This document shows positions 31,545-42,963 of a stretch of 64,000 nucleotides of DNA, in pieces (position 1 is the stretch's first letter; the number at the start of each line of letters is the position of its first letter). Source of the stretch: an uncultured cyanobacterium. GTDB taxonomy: Bacteria > Cyanobacteriota > Cyanobacteriia > Cyanobacteriales > Cyanobacteriaceae. A program made the position numbers and the translations under genes. A model generated the notes under the pieces. The model saw nothing but the letters and a program-made list of their open reading frames with translations, was not told where the DNA came from and searched no databases. The DNA is taken from the NCBI GenBank assembly GCA_963710605.1, contig CAVQBA010000004.1, forward strand, positions 416,001-480,000, read 5' to 3'.

Positions 31545-31631
31545 TTAATAATTAATAATTGATAAGTGATAATTGATAAGTGATAATTGATAAGTAATAA
31601 TTAATAAGTAATAATTAATAATTGATAATTG
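31541..31631. repeat. Heptamer tandem repeat (TAATTGA/TAAGTGA/TAATTAA), about 13 units
   Basis: Read directly. Confidence 0.8.
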
Positions 31632-33542
31632 TGTAACTATTACTGTTATAGGTTCAAAACAAGATTGTCACAAAATTAATTGTTCGATCGTTCACTGTAA
31701 TCTGTAATCTGTAATCTGTTAACTATTATCTATATTTTCAACCATCAATTATTTGGTTTGCACTGCCAAAATAGTACGATATTTAAGATGAAAAAAAGAT
31801 CAACTCATCGCTCAATACCTCTTAAGTTTATTTTGGTAATTCCCTTTGTATTAGAAGTTTTTGTAGCTGTAGGAGTAATTGGTTTTTTATCATTAAGAAA
31901 TGGGCAAAAAGCAGTTAAAGAATTAGCAACCGAACTTCAACAAGAAATTGGTAATCGAATGGATAGACATATTCAAGATTACTTAGAAACTAGCTTAGAA
32001 GTTAATTATCTTAATGCAGAAGCAATCCGTTTAGGTGTTCTTAATCCTGATAATCCAGAAGAGTTGACAATCCAATTCTGGCAACAAATGCGTGCTTTTC
32101 CTTCGATCGAATATATTTATTTTGCTCATCAGCAAACAGGAGGATACGCAGGGGTAGCAAACTCAGAAACACTATTTCCTAATATTGAGGAAACCGAAAA
32201 TTATACTTCGGGTAATTTGTTGATTTATAGCACTAATAATCAAGGTAATCGTCAAGAATTAATTAGCCAAACACCAAATTATAACCCTCATCTACGAGAT
32301 TGGTATCAAAATGCAGTTGCTAATAAAAAATTAGGTTGGAGTAAAATTTACAATTTTTCTGGTGAATCAACCATTGGTATTTCCGCTACTATACCGATTT
32401 ATAAATCCAATGGTCAACTTTGGGGCGTTATTGGTAATGATTTGGAGTTGGGAAATATTCATCAGTTTTTAGCTAGTTTAGATGTTCTACAAACAGGACA
32501 AACTTTCTTGATGGAGCGAAATGGTAAATTAATCGCTAATTCTAATAATCGTAATATTTTCACTTCTAATAGTGTTTTAGCCGAACAATCTCAGCGACAA
32601 TTAGTAACTGAAGCTGAAGAATCTTTAATTCGTTTGAGTGGAGAGAATTTACAAGCAAAATTTCCTAATTGGAATCAAACGAAAAAACCTTTAATATATT
32701 CTTTTGAACACGAAAAAGAGCGTTATTTTATTCAAATTAGACCGATCGCTAATGATCTAGGTTTAGACTGGTTAACAGGAATAATTCTACCTGAGGCGGC
32801 TTTTTCCCAACAGATAAAAATAAATACATATACCACAATCGGATTCTGTTTAATTGCATTAATCGTTGTCTTAACTGTCGGTGTTGCTACTTCTTTTTGG
32901 ATTGAGCAAAGATTAAATAAACTTAGTGATACAGCCCAAGCAATTACAGAGGGTAAGTTAGATCGAAGAATTCCACCTTTTTCTCTACGTGAATTCGATC
33001 GTTTAGGAGAATCTTTTAATGCCATGGCAGACCATTTGCAAAGCGTGATTAATAAGTTAGCAGGTACGAATAATCAATTAGAAGAGCATATCGCCGAACT
33101 TGCCCAAGCTAGAGATGAAGCCGAAAATGCCAATCGTTATAAGAGTATGTTTCTAGCAAATATGAGTCATGAAATTCGCACTCCGATGAATGGTGTTTTA
33201 GGTATGTTAGCTTTAGTTGATGATTCGACTTTAGATACCGAACAACGATCGCAAATTAGTATGGCTCAATCTAGTGCTAAGTCTTTACTTATATTAATCA
33301 ATGATATTCTTGATTTTTCTAAAGTTGAAGCTGGCAAATTAGAATTAGAAGAATTGGATTTTAATCTATCTCTGTTTTTAACCGAATTTACTCAAACGAT
33401 CGCTTTAAATGCCCAAGAGAAAAATATCGACTTAATTCTTGATTTGGGTAACATCGAAAAAATAATGGTTATAGGCGATTCAGGGCGACTTAGGCAAATA
33501 TTAACCAATATCGTCGGTAATGCCATCAAATTTACCGAACAA

Positions 33543-35261
33543 CAGCAATTCTCATTATGGAAAAAATAGAGCGTATTTCTTTTGTTTACAAACAAGAATC
33601 ATAGTTCTCGGAAGTAATTTTTGTGGTTATGATAGATGTGACTTGAAATAAAATCTTAATTTTTGCTTCAACTTCATACTACATGAAAAAAAGTCCTGAG
33701 TTCGAACCATCACAGTTAATTGAATTTTTGCGTCAAGAATTAAATGGATTACCAGATAAAAGAACTGGAAAAAACATCAAATATCAAATTTCTGAGGCTG
33801 TTATGGCAGCATTTTCGGTCTTTTTTACCCAGTTACCTTCTTTTTTAGAACATCAACGTTCGATGAAGCAACAAAAAGGGAAAGATAATGCATTAAGTTT
33901 ATTTGGTTTAGAAGAAGTACCATCTGATAATCAACTGCGAACACTGTTAGACCCTGTAAGTGCAAAAATAGTTTTTCCCACATTTAAAAGGGTATTTCAA
34001 TGGTTAGATGAAAATAAAATCATGAAACAGTTTGAATACTTAGAAAATCAAATATTAGTAGCATTGGATGGAACCCAATATTATTCCTCTAAAAAGATTT
34101 ATTGTCCTCATTGTAATTGTCGCAATCATAGAAATGGTGAAACAACTTATTATCATCAAGTAATTACTCCAGTTATCGTCTCACCAAACAAAAAACAAGT
34201 AATTAACTTAGAGCCTGAATTTATTAGAAAACAGGATGGTAAAACGAAGCAAGATTGTGAAAACGTAGCGGTAAAAAGGTGGTTATTACGAAATTCAAAT
34301 GACCAAGAAAAAAATCAAATAACCTTATTGGGAGATGATCTTTATTCTCGTCAGCCAATATGTGAATTAGCGATAAAACAAGGATATAATTTTATATTTG
34401 TGGCTTTACCATCATCTCATAAAAGTTTATATGAATGGCTTGATTTTTTAGAAAAAAATGAAGAAATAAAGAAAGGAGAAATCAAAAAATATGAAAAAGG
34501 AAGACCGATAATTTATCGTTATAAGTATGTAAATAATGTACCAATGAGAGAAAAAAAGCCAAGCTTAATGGTCAATTGGTATGAGGTCGAGATAATTGAT
34601 AGAATTAAGAATAAAGTAATTTATTATAATAGCTTTATCACTAATCATAAATTAAAAGAAGACAATATATTAGTAATAATAAAAGGGGGAAGAACAAGAT
34701 GGAAAGTAGAAAATGAAGGTAATAATATCTTGAAAAATCAAGGATATAATTTTGAACATAATTTTGGTCATGGGCAAGAGAATTTGTCCGAAATATTGTT
34801 ATCATTAAATCTACTAGGATTTCTCTTTCACAATGTTTTAGAATTAGTGAATGTTAACTATCAAAAAATTAGAGACAAATTAGTGAGGAGAAAAACATTT
34901 TTTAATGATATAAGAGCGTTATTGAAATATATATGGTTTGAAAGTTGGCAGGATTTATTCATATTTGTACTAACGGAAGGAGAAGAAAGAAAGTTAATCA
35001 ACACAAGTTAAAAAGAGAAAAAATAAACAGTAAAGGTAAGTTGATTTTGAAGTAATGAATATCACAGAAAGAAGCCTAATTTTTATCAAGCAAGAAAATT
35101 AGGTCTAGTTTGTGATGACTATTTTTTTGAAGTGCTGATGTAATATAACAAAGAAAAGAAAAATCAGAACTGATAATCGTCTAATTTAGATTTAATTATG
35201 AATATTTACAATATAATTATTGTTGTGTTACATATATTCTTCTTCAAAATGAGAATTGCTG
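33543..35261 (+). mobile_element. Insertion sequence, 1719 bp (ISNCY/IS4-like DDE)
   Basis: Perfect 14-bp terminal IRs CAGCAATTCTCATT / AATGAGAATTGCTG; 9-bp TSD ACCGAACAA at 33534-33542 and 35262-35270. Confidence 0.95.
33683..35011 (+). CDS. DDE transposase
   Basis: VALDGT, CPHCNC, KQDCE, LLGDDLYS, RWKVENEGNNILKNQGYNFEHNFGHG. Confidence 0.93.
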   Translation: MKKSPEFEPSQLIEFLRQELNGLPDKRTGKNIKYQISEAVMAAFSVFFTQLPSFLEHQRSMKQQKGKDNALSLFGLEEVPSDNQLRTLLDPVSAKIVFPTFKRVFQWLDENKIMKQFEYLENQILVALDGTQYYSSKKIYCPHCNCRNHRNGETTYYHQVITPVIVSPNKKQVINLEPEFIRKQDGKTKQDCENVAVKRWLLRNSNDQEKNQITLLGDDLYSRQPICELAIKQGYNFIFVALPSSHKSLYEWLDFLEKNEEIKKGEIKKYEKGRPIIYRYKYVNNVPMREKKPSLMVNWYEVEIIDRIKNKVIYYNSFITNHKLKEDNILVIIKGGRTRWKVENEGNNILKNQGYNFEHNFGHGQENLSEILLSLNLLGFLFHNVLELVNVNYQKIRDKLVRRKTFFNDIRALLKYIWFESWQDLFIFVLTEGEERKLINTS

Positions 35262-36594
35262 ACCGAACAAGGAGAAATTGTACTCAAATGTCATCTTACA
35301 ACTGAAGATGACGATGTTTTATTTGATTGTGAAATTACAGATACAGGTATTGGTATTCCTGAAGAAAGACTTGATCAACTTTTTAATTCATTCACTCAAG
35401 CAGATGCTAGCACTACTCGTCGATATGGTGGCACAGGATTAGGATTAGCCATTACTAAAAAACTCTGCGAATTAATGGGCGGTAAACTTACTGCTACTAG
35501 CGAAATAGGGCAAGGGAGTAAATTTAAATTCACAGTTAGATTAAAATCAAGTTCTAAACAGATTGATAACTCTATTCATAATTCAACGATCGATTTTGCC
35601 CGTTTAAAAATTTTAGTGATTGATACCAACAAAACTAGCCGAGAATTAATTAAAACTCAATTACAAACATGGAAAGCAAATGTTTTTGAAGCTAGTAATG
35701 ATATGACCGCCTTACAATTATGCTACGACAATATCGAAAATCAATCTGAGTCTCCTCCATTTGATCTTATTTTAATGGACGCATCTCAGGCTGATATTAA
35801 TGTTCAACTGTTAAATAAATGTTTTCAGTCTAATCATGTTTTGCAAAGAATGACGTTAGTAATCATAATCCCTATTACTCAACAAGGGCGTATGCAAGAA
35901 TTTACTGACTCTGGTTTCAATCGTTGTTTATTAAAACCAATTATTCGGGAAGACTTACTTAATCTTTTAGAAGTCACATTTAATGACAAAATAACCATAG
36001 AAAATCAATATTTACCCTTAGAAGCACAAATCAATTTACCCGAAACACAAAAAGATTCATCTTATAATCAAGTACAAGAGTTAGATGAAAAAGATAAACT
36101 TGCCTCTGTACTTTTAGTTGAAGATAATAGAGTTAATCAAGTTGTAATTAAAACTATTTTCAAAAAACGTGGTTTAAAAATAGATGTGGCTAAAAATGGG
36201 CAAGAAGCTTTATCCCTTCTCAAAAAAGTTCCTGAGCAGAATCCTCCTTACAATTTAATTTTGATGGATTGTCAAATGCCGATTATGGATGGCTATCAAG
36301 CAACCGAACAAATCCGTCTTGGTTATGTAGGAAGTCAATATCAAAATGTACCCATTATTGCTTTAACCGCTAATGCCATGAAAGGCGATTGAGAAAAATG
36401 TTTAGAAGCAGGAATGAATGACTATCTCAGTAAGCCAATCGATATCAAACAATTAAATCAAATTTTGCTTAAATGGTTGAAAATATAAACTAAATAAAAA
36501 AAGATTAAGCTCAAGAAAACTTTGAACAGATAAACTTATAAATTTTTTTTAGCATTATAAATTTGCTCTTTTATTAATTAGATATTTTGAGAGA

Positions 36595-37062
36595 TTAATC
36601 ATTAGTAAAATAATTCAAACATTGATTAAATAATTCTTTAGTATTATCATTAGCTTGCTGATAATTAAATTGGTAAGGGAATTCTTTTGATAACGACATT
36701 GTTTCTTCAGGGGAATTTTTAACCCATTCGCCTGTTCCCATTTCTTGATAAGCAAAAGTAACTTGATTAAATAATTCTTCTTGACGATCGTAATTACCTT
36801 GAAAACAAGAAATAATATCTGAATTTTGAACGTAAACTAATCCTTTAACTATATTGTTACTATTCTGAAAAATAATATATTCTCCACCAATTTCGGCGGC
36901 TTCTTCCTGATTACCATAAAAAGAAGTTTCGTTTTCGCCTACTGTTTGAGCTTTTATCAAAGCTGAAGAATTGTAAATAAATAAAGAAATAAAAATAGCA
37001 AATAAATTGAAAATTGAATTATATTTAAGTAAAAAACTATTGAAAATGGGTATATTCTTCAC
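36595..37062 (-). CDS. Hypothetical exported protein
   Basis: Signal-like N-terminus; FYGN..IGGEYIIF..SCFQG..FNQCL. Confidence 0.7.
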   Translation of the reverse strand: MKNIPIFNSFLLKYNSIFNLFAIFISLFIYNSSALIKAQTVGENETSFYGNQEEAAEIGGEYIIFQNSNNIVKGLVYVQNSDIISCFQGNYDRQEELFNQVTFAYQEMGTGEWVKNSPEETMSLSKEFPYQFNYQQANDNTKELFNQCLNYFTND

Positions 37063-37773
37063 TGCTTTAATTTAGGCATTTAATTATAGATTCAAAAAAG
37101 TATTTGATTTAAAAAGATTATATTTTTTTATTGTTTGAACGAAGATTTGACAATGTTATTTTTTAGCTTTAGAAATAAAAACTAATCTAAAAAAATAAGA
37201 AATAATAGCTATTTTTTGAATTATCTTATCAAAAATTTGTTAATTACTATACTTAATTTAGAACCAAAAAAAATACATTGATAAAGTAACACTTTCACAA
37301 TAAGACCTTTTTCACTGAGTTCTTATGATAGAGTTTTTTTGATACTTGTTTACTCTTCCATTGGAGATATATTAAGATTTTTTACTAACTAACGTACATA
37401 GAATTAAAGTTGTCGTAGTTAAAAGCAACGCTACTGCTAAACCAGCCACTTGTTGATCGATCTCACTCACAAATTCTCGATCGATTGGCAGTGAAAATTT
37501 ATATCTTTCTCCACTTGCCTTTTAAGCTCACTAATGTTATATCGATTATAACTAATTAGTCGAGCTAATCTTGTAATATCTCTGTATATTTTTATTATGC
37601 CAAAAACTGTTTTGGCTAAAAACTGAAAATCGTTATTTTGTCATGAAACGATACTTAATGTAATCAAACTTTAAACAAAGAGTAAACACTTTTAGTACTC
37701 AGCTAACATATATTGTGGTATTTTTTTGTTAAGACCACAATACAATCAGTAATGTGTTTCTCTTGTTAAAAGT

Positions 37774-37878
37774 TCAAAACGACTTAAAGTTGTTGTTGTG
37801 TAACTCTAAAGCTATATTAGCACCACTAGAAACAGTGATAGCTAAAACCAGAAGAAGGCAAGATAAGTTAAAAATCAT
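37774..37878 (-). CDS. Small hydrophobic peptide, 34 aa (MIFNLSCLLLVLAITVSSGANIALELHNNNFKSF)
   Basis: AAGGA RBS upstream; duplicated with 38101-38190; hairpin downstream at 37711-37742. Confidence 0.55.
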   Translation of the reverse strand: MIFNLSCLLLVLAITVSSGANIALELHNNNFKSF

Positions 37879-38100
37879 GATTAATTTCCTTTAAGTGATT
37901 AATTTTGTTCTCACTAACTAATAGGTTTGAGTTTTCGGTAATATGCAGATTTTTCTCAAACAAATTTCAACAAAATATTAATAACCAAAGAAAACAGGCA
38001 GATATAACAGTACTTGTCTAGATACAGATAAACAACAAGTAATCTGTCTGTTTCCCTTATCAGAAGGAATTAAATATTCAAAATATCCTAGAGAGATTAA

Positions 38101-38190
38101 TTAGTCGTCACGTAACGCTAGCATTATATCAGCACCACTAGAAACAGTGATAGCTAAAACTAGAAGAAGGCAAGATAAGTTAAAAATCAT
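38101..38190 (-). CDS. Small hydrophobic peptide, 29 aa (MIFNLSCLLLVLAITVSSGADIMLALRDD)
   Basis: Same RBS and 5' leader as the other copy; first 20 residues identical, with a synonymous CTG/CTA difference. Confidence 0.55.
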   Translation of the reverse strand: MIFNLSCLLLVLAITVSSGADIMLALRDD

Positions 38191-38334
38191 GATTAATTTC
38201 CTTTGAGTGATTAATTTTGTTCTCACTAAATAATAGCCTTGATTTCAAATTTTAGGTAGATTTATTTTTATCAGAAAAATTTGAGATTGTGATCTTAATA
38301 AACTTATTGTCAATAATCAATGGTTAATTGTCAA

Positions 38335-41220
38335 CTATTTCGCTTCCATCCAATTATCTCCTGTATGTACATCAACAGATAAAGGAATATTGAGTTTAAT
38401 CACGTTTTCCATACAATCTTTAATTTTCTCTTGTAACTCATCAACTTCAGATGGAGGTAATTCTAAAACTAATTCATCATGCACTTGCAACAACATATTC
38501 GCTTGATAATCGTCCAAAATTCGATCGACTTCTACCATCGCTAATTTAATAATATCAGCACTAGAGCCTTGTATCGGTGCATTAGCCGCACTGCGTAACA
38601 TTTGGGTGGTGTAATAATCAAACTTAACTTTTGATAAATCGAGGGTATTAATATCGCTACCTGCAATTTTGTCTAACTCTTTTTCAGGAAAATCAAAGTA
38701 ACGTCTTCTACCTAAAATTGTTGTGACATAACCATCAAGTAAAGCTTGTTTTTTAGCATTTTCTAAATAGTTAAATACCCTTGAATATTTAGCACGATAT
38801 TTATCAACAAACTCTTGAGCTTTTTTATTAGAAACTTTTACTTCTCTGGCAAATTTTTGTACCCCCATTCCGTAAATCAAACCAAAATTAATTGTTTTAC
38901 CCATACTTCTTTCCTCAGAAGTAATTTCTTTTTTATCGAGAATAATTTGGGCGGTAACAGTATGAATATCTTGATTGTTTTGATAGGCAGAAATTAAAAT
39001 TGGTTCTTTACTTAAATGTGCTAAAATTCTTAATTCTATTTGTGAATAATCTGCACTCAAAAATTTCCAGTCACCTTGAGGGATAAATCCTCGTCTAATT
39101 TTGCGTGAAAATGCCGTTCTAATCGGGATATTTTGTAAGTTAGGATTAGATGATGAGAGTCTGCCTGTAGCTGTTACACTTTGATTATAATTGGTATGAA
39201 TACGATCGGTTTTAGGATTAATCAGTGTTGGTAAGGCATCAACATAAGTTGATTTTAGTTTAGCTAAAGTACGATGTTGAAGAATTTGTGGAATTAAAGG
39301 ATGATCATCTTTGAGTTTTTCTAATACAACTTGATTGGTAGAATATCCTGTTTTTATTTTTCTAGATTTACGTTTATCTAAGCCTAATTTATCAAACAAT
39401 AATTCGCTTAGTTGTTTAGGAGAAGCAAGATTAAATTCACCAAATTCAGCATAGACATTATTGGTAATTTCGTCTAAATCTTCATTAACAATATAAGAAA
39501 GTTTAGCTAAATAATCTTTATCTACTAATACCCCAGTCTGTTCCATTTTAGCTAAAATCGGTTCTAATTTTAGCTCAAGGTTAAATACTTCTTGTAAATC
39601 TAGATATAAAGCTAATTCGGTTTGTAATTTTTGGGTTAATTGCCACGTGCCTAAAACATCTAAGCCACAATATTGGGCAGTTTTATCGATGCTTAGGTGA
39701 GCGATCGATTGTTTTTTATCCAATCCTAAACTATCATAATCAAGGGCGATCGCTTCGATACCATATTCTTTGCATAAACTACTTAATTTATGACTAGCTT
39801 CTGGTTGTAAAACATAACTTGCCAACATCGTATCAAAGACAACTCCTTGTAAATCAAAACCGTGATTGAGTAAAATGAGACGATCGAATTTACTATGATG
39901 TAATGTCTTCGGATACTTAGGATTAGCTAAAAATGGTTGTAGTGCCGTTTGTATTTGAGCTATAGGTAATTGTTCTCCTTCTTCATGTAGAATCGGTATG
40001 TAAGCAACTTCGTTAGTTAATTTACCCCAACAACAACCAATCCCGACTAAATTAGCGGCTTGAGTATCTAATCCATCGGTTTCGGTATCCCAAGAAGTGA
40101 TAGAAGCTTTTTCTAATATTTCAATCAACTTAGTTAATTTGTCAGTATCATCAACAATTAGAGGTTGTAAGACTATTTCTGATTCGGGGGAAGAAACTGT
40201 TGCCGCTTTTTTAGTTACTTTCTTCTCCTTTTTTGCGGCAGGAAATAAAGATAATTGGTCACTATTTTTAGTATCTAAATTTAAAGGAGAAAAATCAATT
40301 AAAGGATTACCTAATTTTGCTTGTACTTTAGTTAGTTGTTTAATCAGTTTTTTTAATTCTAATTCCTCTAATAAACGAATTACTTCTTTTTGTTCAAAAC
40401 CTGTAAGATGATAATCTTCAAAATTATTATTTAAATCTATATCAGTAACAATTTTAGCTAAAAACTGTGAATGATAAGCACTATCTTTACCGTCAGTTAA
40501 TTTCTTTTTAACTCCTACTTTTAATTCATCTAAATTTTCATAAACATCAGCTAAAGTTTCGTATTCTCCTAACAAACTACTCGCTGTTTTTTCACCGATA
40601 CCTAATACCCCAGGGATACAATCAGATTTATCACCACATAAAGCTTTGAAGTCAACTATTTGTGTTGGTTTGACTTTCATTTTTTCGTAAACTGCTTCTT
40701 CGTCGTATGTCTCGAATTTACCAAAACTTCTACCCATGTATAAAACTTTGACACCACCTTCATCGTTAACTAGTTGAAACAAATCTCGATCGCCTGATAA
40801 AATTCTAACTAGATGATTCTCCTTCATTGCTTGGGTTGCCAGAGTGCCAATCACATCATCAGCTTCATAACCGACGGCGGTAACGATGGGTAAATTTAAA
40901 GCTTTTAACAACAAACGTAAATTTTGAACATCTTCAATAAAATCATCGGGTGCGGGTGGTCGATCTGCTTTATAATTATCATCAGCTTGATGGCGAAAAG
41001 TAGCTTCTTTCAAATCAAATGCGATCGCCACTAATTGCGGTTTAACGTCATTAATAATCGCAAACAAAGAATTAAGAAAACCGAAACAAACACTGGTAGG
41101 AACGCCTGTAGAGGTACGGAATGGTCCCGTACGAGCCTTTGCTAGAGCGTAATAAGCCCGAAATGCTAAAGAAAATCCATCGACGATTAAAAAAGAAGAA
41201 GCACGATCGTTTTCAGCCAT
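38335..41220 (-). CDS. polA: DNA polymerase I
   Basis: VDGFSLAFRAYY, YEADDVIGT, WDTET, TGRLSSSNPNLQNIP, ADYSQIELR, LQVHDEL. Confidence 0.98.
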   Translation of the reverse strand: MAENDRASSFLIVDGFSLAFRAYYALAKARTGPFRTSTGVPTSVCFGFLNSLFAIINDVKPQLVAIAFDLKEATFRHQADDNYKADRPPAPDDFIEDVQNLRLLLKALNLPIVTAVGYEADDVIGTLATQAMKENHLVRILSGDRDLFQLVNDEGGVKVLYMGRSFGKFETYDEEAVYEKMKVKPTQIVDFKALCGDKSDCIPGVLGIGEKTASSLLGEYETLADVYENLDELKVGVKKKLTDGKDSAYHSQFLAKIVTDIDLNNNFEDYHLTGFEQKEVIRLLEELELKKLIKQLTKVQAKLGNPLIDFSPLNLDTKNSDQLSLFPAAKKEKKVTKKAATVSSPESEIVLQPLIVDDTDKLTKLIEILEKASITSWDTETDGLDTQAANLVGIGCCWGKLTNEVAYIPILHEEGEQLPIAQIQTALQPFLANPKYPKTLHHSKFDRLILLNHGFDLQGVVFDTMLASYVLQPEASHKLSSLCKEYGIEAIALDYDSLGLDKKQSIAHLSIDKTAQYCGLDVLGTWQLTQKLQTELALYLDLQEVFNLELKLEPILAKMEQTGVLVDKDYLAKLSYIVNEDLDEITNNVYAEFGEFNLASPKQLSELLFDKLGLDKRKSRKIKTGYSTNQVVLEKLKDDHPLIPQILQHRTLAKLKSTYVDALPTLINPKTDRIHTNYNQSVTATGRLSSSNPNLQNIPIRTAFSRKIRRGFIPQGDWKFLSADYSQIELRILAHLSKEPILISAYQNNQDIHTVTAQIILDKKEITSEERSMGKTINFGLIYGMGVQKFAREVKVSNKKAQEFVDKYRAKYSRVFNYLENAKKQALLDGYVTTILGRRRYFDFPEKELDKIAGSDINTLDLSKVKFDYYTTQMLRSAANAPIQGSSADIIKLAMVEVDRILDDYQANMLLQVHDELVLELPPSEVDELQEKIKDCMENVIKLNIPLSVDVHTGDNWMEAK

Positions 41221-41357
41221 TATAGAGTTAAGAGTTAAGAGTTAAAAATTAAGAATCAATTACTCGATCGTTTCCAATCGTTATGTATTCATTAAATCTA
41301 TTTTAGTAGATAAATACCATACAATGCGTTCGCTTCGATCGATCGTTTATCGTCTCT

Positions 41358-41444
41358 TTAAGCCATCACCAAATTTGTTTGTGTTTTTAAGGTGTTAAAT
41401 GTTGGGTTTGACTTCTATTTTATAGTTTTTTTATTTATTAAGTA
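41358..41444. repeat. Partial long REP-doublet element (R1)
   Basis: CCATCA..GTGTTTTT..AATGTTGGGTTT..TATTAAGTA, cut off at CGATCG. Confidence 0.6.
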
Positions 41445-41470
41445 CGATCGATCGTTCATCGTAGTCGATC

Positions 41471-41638
41471 GTAGGATGGGTTAGGCTACGATACATTATA
41501 ATCTTCAACAAATTCATTAATAACTACCCGTAACCCATCATCAACCTTCAAAGTATTTTAGCGTATTAAATGTTGGCTTTAATTTTTGTTTTATGGTTTT
41601 TTCATATATTAAGTAATTAGCGGTTTAACCCAAACTAT
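41471..41638. repeat. Long REP-doublet element (R2)
   Basis: GTAGGATGGGTTA..ATTATAATCTTCAA..TAACCCATC..AATGTTGG..TAACCCAAACTAT. Confidence 0.8.
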
Positions 41639-41743
41639 AAAATGATAAATTTCTTTCATAAAAAACATATTATTTAATAGTTATAAATGCTAAAATTTGC
41701 TATAATTACTACTAAGAATAGTAAGAATAAATAATTTATTTCA

Positions 41744-42652
41744 ATGAGTCAATTTCCTCATGACGACTTTGTCAAAGAATATTTACCTGAATTAATATCT
41801 AATTATGGAATAGTTGTTTCGGGAAAGAAAATAGCTTCTCAGACTAAAGAGATTGATGTTTTTTTTCAACCTCATAGCAAGGTAATAGATGATTCTAATC
41901 AATTGGGTTTATTACGAAAACTACTAAATACAACCTGTTTATTTGAAGTCTATCGAAATTCAGTCACAGTTAATCAGATAAAAGAATGTATTGGTAAATT
42001 AATGGACGTTACTACTGCAATTACAAGAGAAAACAAAAAGAAAAATAAAGACGAAGAAGAAGTAAATTTATGGATTTTAACTCCTACTTTATCAGAAAAA
42101 ATACTAGAGTCTTTTGGAGCAAAAAGAAAAAATAACTGGGAAGAAGGTATTTACTTTTTAGCACCAGCTTTATCGACGGGAATAATAGTTGTACATCAGT
42201 TACCAGTAAGTGAAAAAACTCTCTGGTTAAGGATGTTAGGTAAAGGAAAAGTGCAGGAAAAAGCCATAGAAGAATTAAATACTTTACCAAAAGATAATCC
42301 TTACAGAGATAGTGTTTTAGAGTTGGTCAGTAATTTATTTACGATGCTACAATTGAACCAAGAAAAAAGGAAAGATTTAACCAAAGAGGATAAGGAATTA
42401 ATTATGAAATTATCACCAGTTTATAAGGCTAGATTAGAAGAAAGAGAACAAATTGGTTTACAAAAAGGGCTTCAACAGGAAGCAACTTTATTAGTTGTTC
42501 GTCAATTAAAAAGAAAAGTTGGTGAGTTATCTCCTAATCTAGAGGCAACAATTATGGGTTTACCTGTTAATGTTTTAGAAGATTTAGGTGAGGCTTTATT
42601 AGATTTTAACTCGGTAGATGATTTAATCAATTGGTTAGATAGTCATGAATAA
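41744..42652 (+). CDS. Rpn-like PD-(D/E)XK protein with C-terminal DUF4351
   Basis: HDDFVKEYL, EIDVFF, LFEVYRN, TLWLRMLG; RQLKRKVG..LEDLGEALLDFNSVDDLINWL. Confidence 0.75.
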   Translation: MSQFPHDDFVKEYLPELISNYGIVVSGKKIASQTKEIDVFFQPHSKVIDDSNQLGLLRKLLNTTCLFEVYRNSVTVNQIKECIGKLMDVTTAITRENKKKNKDEEEVNLWILTPTLSEKILESFGAKRKNNWEEGIYFLAPALSTGIIVVHQLPVSEKTLWLRMLGKGKVQEKAIEELNTLPKDNPYRDSVLELVSNLFTMLQLNQEKRKDLTKEDKELIMKLSPVYKARLEEREQIGLQKGLQQEATLLVVRQLKRKVGELSPNLEATIMGLPVNVLEDLGEALLDFNSVDDLINWLDSHE

Positions 42653-42725
42653 TACTTATGCCTTAGTGCTTCTGGTCAAAAATACGATCGTTATTCTACA
42701 ACGATAAAACCTCGAATTAATTGTC

Positions 42726-42901
42726 GTAGGATGGGTAATAGCTTAATAGCTTGAACCATTATAATCTTCAACAAACTCATCAATAACGAGTGCCGTAACC
42801 CATCATCAACTTTCTTTGTGTTTTTATTGTTGAATGTTAGGTTTCGTTTTTATAATGCATTCTTGATCTATCAGTGGTTTTGATGCTTAACCGCTCTTTA
42901 C
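42726..42901. repeat. Long REP-doublet element (R3)
   Basis: GTAGGATGGGTAA..ATTATAATCTTCAACAAA..GTAACCCATCATCAAC..AATGTTAGGTTTCG..GCTTAACC..TTAC. Confidence 0.8.
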
Positions 42902-42963
42902 AAGATTGGCTACTATAATAGACTTTTGTGTAACTCAACAAAATTATTTTTGACAATTAGTGT

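Larger units (their letters stand above)
31788..36488 (+). pseudogene. Hybrid sensor histidine kinase (Cache-HAMP-HisKA-HATPase-REC-REC) interrupted by an IS, plus a TGA at 36390
   Basis: [27 protein letters not shown] rejoins in frame when the IS and one TSD copy are removed; DTGIGI, GGTGLGL. After KGD* the frame continues EKCLEAGMNDYLSKP to 36488. Confidence 0.9.
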
